Shown here piece by piece: positions 1-8,357 of a stretch of 64,000 nt of DNA. The stretch comes from Candidatus Methanophagaceae archaeon (GTDB lineage: Archaea > Halobacteriota > Syntropharchaeia > Alkanophagales > Methanospirareceae), in assembly GCA_003194435.1 (NCBI GenBank), contig PQXC01000008.1:19773-83772 (forward strand). Direction: 5' to 3'. Below the pieces are notes generated by a model that saw only the letters and a program-made list of their open reading frames with translations, had not been told where the DNA came from and ran no database searches. The translations under genes were made by a program, and so were the position numbers. Positions within the stretch are counted from its first letter, which is position 1. Each line of letters begins with the position of its first letter.

Positions 1-2300
1 CTGTTTTCGGGTCGCCGTTACAGAGGATAGAGAATGCATATTACAGGAGTAGAGAAGATTTGATGGCGGAGCTGCTCGATTTGGAGGAAGGAGGTATAAT
101 TGCGAAAATAGGGATAAGGAATTTTCTTGAAGCCGACTATTTCGCCTGGTATCTGGATGAATGGAGCGAAGAAGTGAAGGACGGTGTAATTGAGATAGTG
201 AGGATGTTGAGTGATTACGACCCCGCAACGGTTGAGTTAGACCCGGATAGAGTGAAGGATTTGTTCAAGCGGTTATATCAGAATCTGGTGCCGAAGCGCG
301 TGAGGCATGACCTTGGCGAGTATTTCACGCCGGACTGGCTTGCGGAACTCGTGCTGAAAGAAGCGGACTACGATGGCAACTTAGATAAGAGGGTTCTTGA
401 CCCTGCTTGCGGTTCCGGGACGTTTCTGGTGCTTGCCATAAAAGAGATGCGGAATTATGCGGAAGAGCATTTCGTAACAGATAAGAGCGAGTTGTTGCGA
501 AAAATAGTGGGTAACGTTGTTGGTATTGACCTGAACCCGTTAGCGGTTCTGGCAGCGAGAGCGAATTACGTGATCGCGTTAGGTGATTTGATCAGGTATA
601 TACCGAAAAAAGAAGGCGTAGAGATTCCTGTTTATTTAGCGGATTCTATTCTGGTGAGCAGGAAGGTGAAATTTACGGGTGAGTGGGAAGTTTATCTAAC
701 GACAAGCGAAGGTGAGTTCTCTGTTCCCCAGGAAGTGATAAATAAAAATTTGCTGTCAAATGTGTTGGATGTGATAGAAAGTTGTGTGAGAGGAGATTAC
801 AGCGAAAAGGAGTTTGAGAAGCTGATAGAGAAGGATATTGTGGATTTGAAGGAAGAAACCATAGCATCTTTGGAGGGACTCTACGTTAAAATAAAGGAAT
901 TGGAAAAGGAGGGCAAGAACAAGATTTGGACGAGGCTGCTTAAGAATTCGTTTGCGCCTTTGTTGATGGGTAAATTTGATTTTGTCGTTGGTAATCCGCC
1001 GTGGGTTCGCTGGGGTTATCTACCAGAGGGATACAGAGATGCAACGCTCAAATTGTGGAAGGACTATGGGCTTTTCTCACTTAGTGGCATGGATGCACGA
1101 CTTGGCGCGGGTGAAAAGGATTTCTCGATGCTCTTCACTTATGTCGCCGCGGACCGCTACCTCAAGAAAGGAGAGAAACTGGCATTTCTCATAACACAAG
1201 AGGTTTTCAAGGCGAAAGGCGCTGGTGAGGGGTTCAGAAGCTTCAAAGTGAAAACTACGCCTGTAAAAGTAGTTAAGACGCATGACCTCGTTTCTTTAAA
1301 GCCTTTTGAAAGTGCTGCGAATAAAACCGCACTTATAATTCTGAAGAAAGGAGAGAAGACGGAGTATCCTGTGCCTTACATACTCTGGAGAAAGAAAAAG
1401 GGTATGAAATTGGATCCGGGGATTTCTTATGTTGACGCATTGGAGCGGACAGAGAGGGTGGAAATGCTGGCTAAACCCATTGGAACGCCTGTAAGTTCAT
1501 GGCAAACGTTTGAAGCAAAAACGGAAAGGATTCTGGATACATTGCGAGGGGAGTCAATATATCAAGCACGTGTAGGATCAAGAATTGACCCTTACGGCGT
1601 ATTTTACATGAAAATCAAGCATGTCTTCTCTGATGGCACGATACTTGTGGAGAACTTGCCGGAACTCGGTAAGAGGCGAATATCAAAAGTTGAGGAGAGA
1701 ATAGAAGGCGATTTGGTATTTCCTGTGGTTCGGGGGAGGGATATAAGGCGGTGGAATGCCATGCCAGAAATTTACGCCCTCATTGTTCAAGACCCTAAAA
1801 AGAGGGTGGGTTACGAGGAGGAGTGGATGAAAATCAACTTACCAAGGACTTTTGCGTATTTGCATAAGTTTAAGGAAGTTCTTCTGAGCAGAGGGTCTAA
1901 TGTCGTGAGAGAATTGGCAGAAAAGACCGCATTTTACACGATGTACAGCATTGGAGAATATACCTTTGCACCCTACAAAGTGGTATGGAAGAGGATGGCA
2001 AGCGACCTTGAGGCGGTGGTTCTCTCAAAGATCAAGACTCCGATTGGCGAGAAGGATGTGATTCCAACGGATACAACTTCGCTTATTCCTTTTAAGAGCG
2101 CAGAAGAAGCGCATTATGTATGTGCGATTTTGAATTCTTCTCCTGTCAGGTTTTGTGTAAGGTCTTATTCTTCTGGGGGTCGCGGGTTTGGTGCTCCTTC
2201 TATTATCAGACATTTTGGAATACCGAAATATGATAAGGAGAAAGAGGTTCATTGGAGAGTTTCGGAGCTTTCCAAAAGGGCGCATACGTTGGCTAAATGA
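1..2300 (+). CDS. N6-adenine DNA methyltransferase, type IIG RM / BREX PglX-like; 5' end lies outside the window (the reading frame is open upstream of position 60) and the gene ends at an in-frame TGA
   Basis: Translation contains the SAM-binding motif DPACGSGTFLV, the catalytic motif NPPW (VVGNPPWVRWGY), and LGEYFTPDWLAELV. The frame of the 60..2300 ORF has no stop back to nt 3. Confidence 0.7.
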   Translation, partial: VFGSPLQRIENAYYRSREDLMAELLDLEEGGIIAKIGIRNFLEADYFAWYLDEWSEEVKDGVIEIVRMLSDYDPATVELDPDRVKDLFKRLYQNLVPKRVRHDLGEYFTPDWLAELVLKEADYDGNLDKRVLDPACGSGTFLVLAIKEMRNYAEEHFVTDKSELLRKIVGNVVGIDLNPLAVLAARANYVIALGDLIRYIPKKEGVEIPVYLADSILVSRKVKFTGEWEVYLTTSEGEFSVPQEVINKNLLSNVLDVIESCVRGDYSEKEFEKLIEKDIVDLKEETIASLEGLYVKIKELEKEGKNKIWTRLLKNSFAPLLMGKFDFVVGNPPWVRWGYLPEGYRDATLKLWKDYGLFSLSGMDARLGAGEKDFSMLFTYVAADRYLKKGEKLAFLITQEVFKAKGAGEGFRSFKVKTTPVKVVKTHDLVSLKPFESAANKTALIILKKGEKTEYPVPYILWRKKKGMKLDPGISYVDALERTERVEMLAKPIGTPVSSWQTFEAKTERILDTLRGESIYQARVGSRIDPYGVFYMKIKHVFSDGTILVENLPELGKRRISKVEERIEGDLVFPVVRGRDIRRWNAMPEIYALIVQDPKKRVGYEEEWMKINLPRTFAYLHKFKEVLLSRGSNVVRELAEKTAFYTMYSIGEYTFAPYKVVWKRMASDLEAVVLSKIKTPIGEKDVIPTDTTSLIPFKSAEEAHYVCAILNSSPVRFCVRSYSSGGRGFGAPSIIRHFGIPKYDKEKEVHWRVSELSKRAHTLAK

Positions 2301-2432
2301 TACTACGAGCAAAATGATTTGGAAGCGCGGGAGGAATTGAAGGAAGTGGAGGAGAGAATTGATAAGATGGTTGCGGGATTGTATGGGATTACGGATAAGG
2401 AGTTGGAGGATGTGAAGAATAATGGAACCTGA
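2301..2432 (+). pseudogene. Methyltransferase C-terminal tail, in frame immediately after the TGA at 2298-2300 (YYEQNDLEAREELKEVEERIDKMVAGLYGITDKELEDVKNNGT*)
   Basis: Same frame as the methyltransferase. Carries the ...LYG(I/L)T.EEL..V... C-terminal motif typical of type I/IIG/PglX methyltransferases. Confidence 0.5.
2322..2416. repeat. Direct repeat copy 1 (methyltransferase tail) flanking the AT-rich cassette; copy 2 is at 4509-4603
   Basis: gaattgaaggaagtggag...attgataagatggttgcgg.attgtatgggattacgg...gagttggaggatgtgaagaa is present at both sites. Confidence 0.8.
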
Positions 2433-3141
2433 GGTTGCAGGAGTTTTAAGCCAGTTCAAATCTATCAAGAAACATGCAAGTCTACTTCGTCAACATATCT
2501 TTTATGATACAAAGGAGGAGTTAGAAAGTCTTGTTGAAGAATTCACGGATGCAAAAATACATTTTGAAAGTATAAGGCACAAACAAAAAATTGACATATA
2601 TCTTCGGAGTATAAAATCAACGGAATGGAAATATAGAACCGATGAACAAAAAGCATTATTAAGAACAATAGACATAGAATGCGATAAAGCTATTGGTGCT
2701 TTAGAAAGCATAGCCACTCCCTTGTCGAAAGATGAATTAAAGAAACTTACACCTATCAGAGAGGAATTGGAAGAGCTATCAGAAGTATTACCGGATATAA
2801 ACTATGAAAGAAATTTAGAAGAAGCAATAAAGGAGTACGAAAAGGGAGATTATCTCGCATCGGCATTAATCTCCGGCCGTGTAATAATTTATGCCTTGGG
2901 TCAAATTCCCGGAGAGTCCGATGAAGAAAAAGTGAAATTTTTGCGAGAAAAAGGGATTATAGAGAAAGGCAGAAAAGATGTTCACGAGTCAATAATAAAA
3001 GCGAGTAGAAGAGCAAGAAATTTCTTCTCTCACGATATTAAAGTGTTTCCAACACCTTCTGAGGCACTTTCATTGTTAGGTGATGCTATTGGGATTTTAG
3101 GAATTGTTAGCAAAGTTTTGAAAGGGGAGGGAAAGTCTTGA
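2422..3141 (+). CDS. Hypothetical protein with a C-terminal HEPN-like RNxxxH motif (ASRRARNFFSHD); first gene of the AT-rich cassette
   Basis: 239-aa ORF. Visibly more AT-rich than its flanks. R-N-x3-H matches the HEPN Rx4-6H signature. Confidence 0.35.
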   Translation: MEPEVAGVLSQFKSIKKHASLLRQHIFYDTKEELESLVEEFTDAKIHFESIRHKQKIDIYLRSIKSTEWKYRTDEQKALLRTIDIECDKAIGALESIATPLSKDELKKLTPIREELEELSEVLPDINYERNLEEAIKEYEKGDYLASALISGRVIIYALGQIPGESDEEKVKFLREKGIIEKGRKDVHESIIKASRRARNFFSHDIKVFPTPSEALSLLGDAIGILGIVSKVLKGEGKS

Positions 3142-3193
3142 AAAGGAAAAACGGTTTGCCAGAAGTGGTGGAAGAGAAAAAAAATAGATTGGA

Positions 3194-3646
3194 ATGAGCG
3201 AAGAAAGAAACAAAGCTGAAGATGTGGAGAGATTGAAGGAAGAATTGAATGAGTGGATAGACCATAGAATTGTGGATAATAACGCCTTTATAAGTTCTCC
3301 TAAGAAAGAAACCCTCTCTTTACTCTTTGCTTTACTTCCCCTCTTGGCTATTTGCGGCTCATGGCTATGGGGCATTCTAAAACAGTATTACATTTATTCT
3401 CTCCATCTTGTATTCATACTCTGGACTGTGGTAGGTATTACGGAGTCAATAGCAAAAAGGAAAGGGACAAAAGAATTTATTAAGGCGCATATAAATTTGA
3501 AAGATGCAGTTTATTTTTCTTTCCGTAATGTGAAAGCAATGGTATTTTCCTTCGATGTGTTATTTATTCTCTGTATTTTTGTGCTTTTGCTTGTTAAAGA
3601 TTTGAGATGGTGGCTATGGGGTGATCGTCACATTAGTATTATATGA
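3194..3646 (+). CDS. Small hypothetical membrane protein (about 3 predicted TM helices)
   Basis: Hydrophobic stretches LLFALLPLLAICGSWLWGIL, LHLVFILWTVVGI, LFILCIFVLLLV. AT-rich. Confidence 0.3.
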   Translation: MSEERNKAEDVERLKEELNEWIDHRIVDNNAFISSPKKETLSLLFALLPLLAICGSWLWGILKQYYIYSLHLVFILWTVVGITESIAKRKGTKEFIKAHINLKDAVYFSFRNVKAMVFSFDVLFILCIFVLLLVKDLRWWLWGDRHISII

Positions 3647-3899
3647 AAAAGCAGTAACAAATACCGCGACAATGGTGGAGGGAGATTATAAAATAGAACT
3701 GAACACTTTTAGGAAAAAAGTACTATCAGGAATTGCAATAGTCCTCATTATAGGCTTAATCGCGGCTTTAGTCTATGTATTCTATAAAACACCCTTAGAA
3801 ATATACTTCATGATTTCAGAAGATCCATCTGGACTTTTTGGAATAATTCTAACCTTATTTGCAATCTTGACAAGTTATGCTCTTTATCAGAATATTTGA
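3621..3899 (+). CDS. Small hypothetical membrane protein (2 TM)
   Basis: GIAIVLIIGLIAALVYVF and GLFGIILTLFAILTSYALY. Overlaps the previous ORF by a few codons (operon-like). Confidence 0.25.
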   Translation: MIVTLVLYEKAVTNTATMVEGDYKIELNTFRKKVLSGIAIVLIIGLIAALVYVFYKTPLEIYFMISEDPSGLFGIILTLFAILTSYALYQNI

Positions 3900-4129
3900 G
3901 TATAAAATTCACAATTGCTGACGTTACCGTACAAAAAAATAAACTTTCCATGCTCAAAATGGAGATTGATAAAATGAACGTTGAAGAACTCGAGAGGGTG
4001 AAGAAAAATTTGCGAAAGTGGCCTTTACCGATAATCGAAAAGTTTTTGTTTTTCAACTACTACGGTTTCATGCCCACGAGATATACTTTTGAGGTAGACG
4101 AGAAAGATGAGAAGTCAAATAGAAATTAG
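3896..4129 (+). CDS. Small hypothetical protein
   Basis: 77-aa ORF in the cassette; no recognisable motif. Confidence 0.2.
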   Translation: MSIKFTIADVTVQKNKLSMLKMEIDKMNVEELERVKKNLRKWPLPIIEKFLFFNYYGFMPTRYTFEVDEKDEKSNRN

Positions 4130-4487
4130 TGCGAAGTTAAAAGTGTTATATGCAATTGGGAGGGGACTCAGGATGATTGTAGTCGGATGGAATAATGGGT
4201 CACCTAATAATAGAACCGGAGCTGGATACGGCGTCCGAATAGTACGCGAAGATAGAGATATGTATTTCCAGAACACGTGGTCTTCTGTGATCATTGAGCT
4301 TGACAATGGAGATTTATTGGATGTTAGGTTATCAGCTTCATTTTGGAGAGGTTGTACTGAACTGCGGAATGTTAAAATAGGAAAATGGATGCTTGAGCAG
4401 GGGCTTGCTCCGTGGCCAAAAGGTGACCCGCCAAAACTCAAATTAGAACCGATAGGGAATAGAAGATTCCGGTTAAGTCGCTTGTAA
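4107..4487 (+). CDS. Hypothetical protein (last ORF of the cassette)
   Basis: 126-aa ORF; ends 10 nt before the second copy of the methyltransferase tail. Confidence 0.3.
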   Translation: MRSQIEISAKLKVLYAIGRGLRMIVVGWNNGSPNNRTGAGYGVRIVREDRDMYFQNTWSSVIIELDNGDLLDVRLSASFWRGCTELRNVKIGKWMLEQGLAPWPKGDPPKLKLEPIGNRRFRLSRL

Positions 4488-4496
4488 CTTCCCAAC

Positions 4497-4640
4497 AATT
4501 TGCAAGCGAGAGAAGAATTGAAGGAAGTGGAGGGGGAAATTGATAAGATGGTTGCGGAATTGTATGGGATTACGGGTGAAGAGTTGGAGGATGTGAAGAA
4601 GACGTTAGGGATTTTGAAAGGCGAGGATGGTGAGCGATAG
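4497..4640 (+). pseudogene. Orphan second copy of the methyltransferase C-terminal tail (LPNNLQAREELKEVEGEIDKMVAELYGITGEELEDVKKTLGILKGEDGER*); no start codon
   Basis: By eye, roughly 90% nucleotide identity to 2322-2416 over about 95 bp. Confidence 0.55.
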
Positions 4641-4847
4641 ATAGGATAGTTTTAGAGATGATATACCTCTTTTGTGTGTTCGTGTTTCTCCATCAGAAGA
4701 GACAGCTATTTGAAAGATATAATAAAATTGATGGACTGATGGATATGGACAATCCCTTTTATAAAATCATACCTTATATTATGTTTTATACCTTTGAGAC
4801 CAAAAAGAGAAAAAAGAGACTAAAAGTAAGGGAGAAGAAGGAGGGAG

Positions 4848-5156
4848 ATGGGTGTAGATATAGACATAGAGATAGAGAATGAGCATGAGAATCGGTTATT
4901 GAGACGTAAGGAGGTTTTCTTCCGGTTAAAGTATGATGGTGGCTCACCAAGCAGAGCGGAGGCACGTAAGGCTCTGGTAAATGCACTCCGGTGCAGTCCG
5001 GACCTGCTTGTGATTGACTGGATGCGTGCAGAATTTGGCAAGCGTGAGGCGGTAGGCTATGCGAAGATATACGAGAATGAAGATAGGATGAAGGAGATAG
5101 AGAGGGAGCATATATTAAAGAGGAACTTTGGAGGTACAAATGGAAATGATACATAG
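4848..5156 (+). CDS. rps24e: 30S ribosomal protein S24e
   Basis: [34 protein letters not shown] matches the S24e family pattern; followed directly by S27ae, as in archaeal operons. Confidence 0.85.
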   Translation: MGVDIDIEIENEHENRLLRRKEVFFRLKYDGGSPSRAEARKALVNALRCSPDLLVIDWMRAEFGKREAVGYAKIYENEDRMKEIEREHILKRNFGGTNGNDT

Positions 5157-5313
5157 CTACTATGAGGTATTAAAAGAGGAAGATGGAGGATTGAAATTGA
5201 AGAGGAAGCGGAGAACATGCCCGAGATGTGGTGCCGGAGTCTTCCTGGCAGAGCATGAAGACCGCTACTCGTGCGGTAAATGTGGCTATACCGAGTTCAG
5301 GAAGAAGAGATAG
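5128..5313 (+). CDS. rps27ae: 30S ribosomal protein S27ae (zinc ribbon)
   Basis: [28 protein letters not shown]4 zinc ribbon; 61 aa. Confidence 0.85.
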   Translation: MEVQMEMIHSYYEVLKEEDGGLKLKRKRRTCPRCGAGVFLAEHEDRYSCGKCGYTEFRKKR

Positions 5314-5337
5314 GGATATGGATATGGATAGTTAGTC

Positions 5338-6447
5338 TTATTTTAGCCTGACCCTGAACACCACGAGCATGATTATAAAAGTAAGCGATAGTGTCACGAT
5401 ATAAACAGCAGAGATGATTGCTGCTCGTTTAAATATGAAATCCTTCCTATTAAATGTGTCAAGAACGATAATGAGAAATAAAATCAGGAGATAAGCGATA
5501 AAACTGAATGATAAAGGTCTTAATAACCTCCACTTCTTCCGACCTTCTTCTCTGGCACCTGCTACTCCTGCACCCTTCAACAAACGCTTCACACGCTCTT
5601 CAGTTGCAGGCTGAGTACGAAACAGGAAGTGATAGCAGGGCAGTCGAAAGTCCAGCACCGTGAGCTCGCTATCATGTAACGGATTCACAATAAAGAGATG
5701 CGCATGTGCGGGATTAACCTCAAAATGGTGCGATTTTAAATGCTCTTCTATCTTGCGCAATGCACACGCCAGCTTATCCGGCTTTCCATGCAATAAGACA
5801 CTCTGTTCATCCGTCTGGTATTCCAGGTGACGGTGACGCGTAGTTAGCTGTATAATCGTAGCAGCTATTGGTGCAACCAGCGCAGTAACGAAGAATTTTA
5901 GTAGCTGTGGTGCCGGATCATCTTCCTGCCCAAATCCGGTGAGTATCGCGCCCCAGAAAGCGAGATTCGCGAGAGCAATGAGCATCCCGGCTAAGACCCC
6001 GGAAAAAGTCACAATTCCTATGGAACTATTCTTAATATTAATATGTGTGAGTTCGTATGCCAGTACAGCCTCCATCTCCTCATCGTCAAGCAGGTCTATC
6101 AATCCAGTAGTAAGAACAACAGAGGCATGTCTCTTGCTCCTGCCTGCTACAAATGCATTTGGCATCGCGGAATCCACAATGAAGACTCCTGGCTCAGGAA
6201 TACCTGCCTTTGATGCAAGCCTGTGTACCATCTCGTGTAGTTGAGCATGAGCATTACTTGTCTTCCTCGCATGGTACCAGCGCAGCAATAATCGGTCAGC
6301 AATGAGATACATGAGCAATATGAGCAGGAATAGCGCAAGAGCACCAATAGCAACAATGATTAACACTGGTGGTAGTGGTAATGGTAATCCCTGCCCGAAC
6401 ATCCCCCATCCAGCCAGAAGTTCTCTCATCTGAAATCTCAATTTCAA
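5338..6447 (-). CDS. htpX: HtpX-like M48 family zinc metalloprotease, membrane-bound
   Basis: N-terminal TM helices. HtpX-like block ...NAFVAGRSKRHASVVLTTGLIDLLDDEEMEAVLAYELTHI... (HExxH-type motif region). Confidence 0.65.
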   Translation of the reverse strand: MKLRFQMRELLAGWGMFGQGLPLPLPPVLIIVAIGALALFLLILLMYLIADRLLLRWYHARKTSNAHAQLHEMVHRLASKAGIPEPGVFIVDSAMPNAFVAGRSKRHASVVLTTGLIDLLDDEEMEAVLAYELTHINIKNSSIGIVTFSGVLAGMLIALANLAFWGAILTGFGQEDDPAPQLLKFFVTALVAPIAATIIQLTTRHRHLEYQTDEQSVLLHGKPDKLACALRKIEEHLKSHHFEVNPAHAHLFIVNPLHDSELTVLDFRLPCYHFLFRTQPATEERVKRLLKGAGVAGAREEGRKKWRLLRPLSFSFIAYLLILFLIIVLDTFNRKDFIFKRAAIISAVYIVTLSLTFIIMLVVFRVRLK

Positions 6448-6470
6448 ATTTAGTTATAGATTATAGATAG

Positions 6471-7094
6471 TTACATAAGGATAAACTTTGTTAGGAGCAG
6501 CTTGCCTTCTTTCACTATCCCTACACCTTCATATTTTATATCGCCAGCCCTTAAAGCAGCCCGAAACGCATCGAACGAATCAGGAGAGTTCACTATACTC
6601 TGCAATGTGTGCTCACTGGTATATACATTTATCGTGGGGTCTGGATTCTTTCCCGTCTTCAGCTCCGCCATATCTCCCCTTATGTTACTATTGAAATTCA
6701 ATACGCTACCGTTATCGAGCGTGATGTATATGTTTACGCGTTCGTTACCGAATACCCATCTGATTATCTCGGGATCAAAGATGATAGCAAAAGTTTTTGT
6801 ATGGTATACCTTATCCAGGTTGATCTTGAGGGTGAAGGAGTCCAGGGGAGCGATAAATGAATCCAAATCATTAGCGTTATCAAGTGCTTCCTTTATCTCC
6901 TCATAATCACACTCTGATATAAGCCCTTTGCTCTCACCCTTATTCAGAACCCTATTAATTCCCATCTTCTCTTCACTCCAATTCCCCGCACCTGCTATAT
7001 TGACAGGATTGACAAGAAATGATACAATGATAACGATGATAATGACCATGAACAGCAGCGATGCAACGTCAATATTGTTACTTTTACCCCTCAT
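6471..7094 (-). CDS. Hypothetical protein with an N-terminal membrane anchor
   Basis: N-terminal hydrophobic segment LLFMVIIIVIIVSFLV. No confident domain; the C-terminal region is possibly SCP2-like. Confidence 0.3.
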   Translation of the reverse strand: MRGKSNNIDVASLLFMVIIIVIIVSFLVNPVNIAGAGNWSEEKMGINRVLNKGESKGLISECDYEEIKEALDNANDLDSFIAPLDSFTLKINLDKVYHTKTFAIIFDPEIIRWVFGNERVNIYITLDNGSVLNFNSNIRGDMAELKTGKNPDPTINVYTSEHTLQSIVNSPDSFDAFRAALRAGDIKYEGVGIVKEGKLLLTKFILM

Positions 7095-7147
7095 CTCTAT
7101 AATAAAATATCATATATGTATGTGTAGTGTAGATATAAACAATTATT

Positions 7148-7543
7148 ATGAGAAGGATAGAGATAATAACGCGGGAAAGCACCGAGCTTGTAGATATTAC
7201 AGACAAAGTAAAAGAGATAGTCAAGAATGAGGGTGTTACCTCCGGTATATGTGTGGTATTCACAAAGCATACAACCACAGGACTCATAATAAATGAGAAT
7301 GAAGCGGGTTTGAGAAGCGATATCATTGCTCTTCTGAACGAACTGATCCCAAAAGGTAGGGGATACATGCATGATAGAATAGATAACAATGCGCATTCGC
7401 ATCTCAGGGCTATGATCCTCGGTTCCTCTGTGTGTATCCCGATAGATCAGGCTAACTTAATGCTCGGGCGATGGCAGAGTATCTTATTTGTTGAGTGTGA
7501 CGGACCGAGAAAGAGAGAGGTATATGTAAAGGTTATACCATAG
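7148..7543 (+). CDS. yjbQ: YjbQ/UPF0047 family protein (secondary thiamine-phosphate synthase-like)
   Basis: ITDKVKEIV...GICVVFTKHTTTGLIINENE...RSDI...HSHLRAMILGSS; 131 aa, typical of the family. Confidence 0.7.
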   Translation: MRRIEIITRESTELVDITDKVKEIVKNEGVTSGICVVFTKHTTTGLIINENEAGLRSDIIALLNELIPKGRGYMHDRIDNNAHSHLRAMILGSSVCIPIDQANLMLGRWQSILFVECDGPRKREVYVKVIP

Positions 7544-7572
7544 AAACCATAAGCCATAGTACCATAGTATTT

Positions 7573-7600
7573 TATAGTATATAATGTTATTTCTATTAAA
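7573..7600 (+). promoter_or_regulatory. Candidate archaeal TATA-box promoter (tttatagtatataatg) about 50-80 nt upstream of the 7653 gene
   Basis: AT-rich TTTATA-like element in an intergenic region; inferred. Confidence 0.3.
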
Positions 7601-7652
7601 GGTTTCTTCATGAATGTGTATTCTTTGGTAAGAGGATAAGAGGAGGGTAGAG

Positions 7653-8357
7653 ATGAGGAAAGCAAGGACAAGAGCAAGAGGGGACGAGGAGAAGGTGATT
7701 GCTTACATGACATCCAGGTTATTTCCATGGAACTTTATTGTGGAAGATGTTGATTCGGAGTCATTAAGGCATTTTGTTCCTTATGCGATCCAGATATGTG
7801 AGGATAAGGGAATAAAGAAGGGCTCGATAGAGCGAGACAGGGTAGACAAGGTAAAGGAGGTGATAGAAAAGGAAGTGAAATGGATGCTGAACGACTATCT
7901 ACATCAAGAAGACAGGGATGCAGCGAGGATACATGGCAAATTCTACGCTCAGTATCCTTTCGCGTTCGCTCAGGCACTGATATATACAATCCTATACCGA
8001 TTGGGAGCGAGCCTGGAAGACGTGGTGAATATAAACGCACTTGGTGAGTTGCTGGAGCTGGATATTAAAGCGATAAAGAGAAGAGAGCGTTTCATTCGCG
8101 ATTTGATATCAAAGAACGAGGAGAAGGCATTGAGGATATTCAGCAAAGCCATGTTGAACAGGAAAGTGATATCAGAAGAGGGTGATTATATAGGCAGCGT
8201 GAGTGACATCGTATTTGATAGTGAAACAGGTACCCTCAAAAGTCTGATATTGAATAAGCAGAAAGGTTCAGAGAAGCTAAAAGTACCTATGAATGATATG
8301 AAATTGAATTTATATAGCAGGAATATCGTCTTAAAATATGTAAAGAAGGAGCAATGA
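7653..8357 (+). CDS. Hypothetical protein with a C-terminal PRC-barrel-like domain
   Basis: C-terminal VISEEGDYIGSVSDIVFDSETGTLKSLIL resembles a PRC barrel. Confidence 0.4.
   Translation: MRKARTRARGDEEKVIAYMTSRLFPWNFIVEDVDSESLRHFVPYAIQICEDKGIKKGSIERDRVDKVKEVIEKEVKWMLNDYLHQEDRDAARIHGKFYAQYPFAFAQALIYTILYRLGASLEDVVNINALGELLELDIKAIKRRERFIRDLISKNEEKALRIFSKAMLNRKVISEEGDYIGSVSDIVFDSETGTLKSLILNKQKGSEKLKVPMNDMKLNLYSRNIVLKYVKKEQ

Noticed and set aside
2298-2300. In-frame TGA as a selenocysteine codon
   Set aside because: No SECIS-like structure is evident, the protein family is not a selenoprotein family, and Methanosarcinales-type archaea generally lack the Sec machinery. Nonsense mutation or read-through is the more parsimonious explanation.
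673-2468. Antisense ORFs inside the methyltransferase gene (673..867, 1077..1283, 2025..2468 minus strand)
   Set aside because: They overlap a well-supported coding region on the opposite strand and have low-complexity, Ser/Leu/Arg-rich translations typical of spurious antisense frames.
4115-4498. 127-aa minus-strand ORF fully overlapping the 4107..4487 plus-strand ORF
   Set aside because: Mirror-image ORF. The plus-strand frame is co-directional with the rest of the cassette, so the minus frame is considered spurious.
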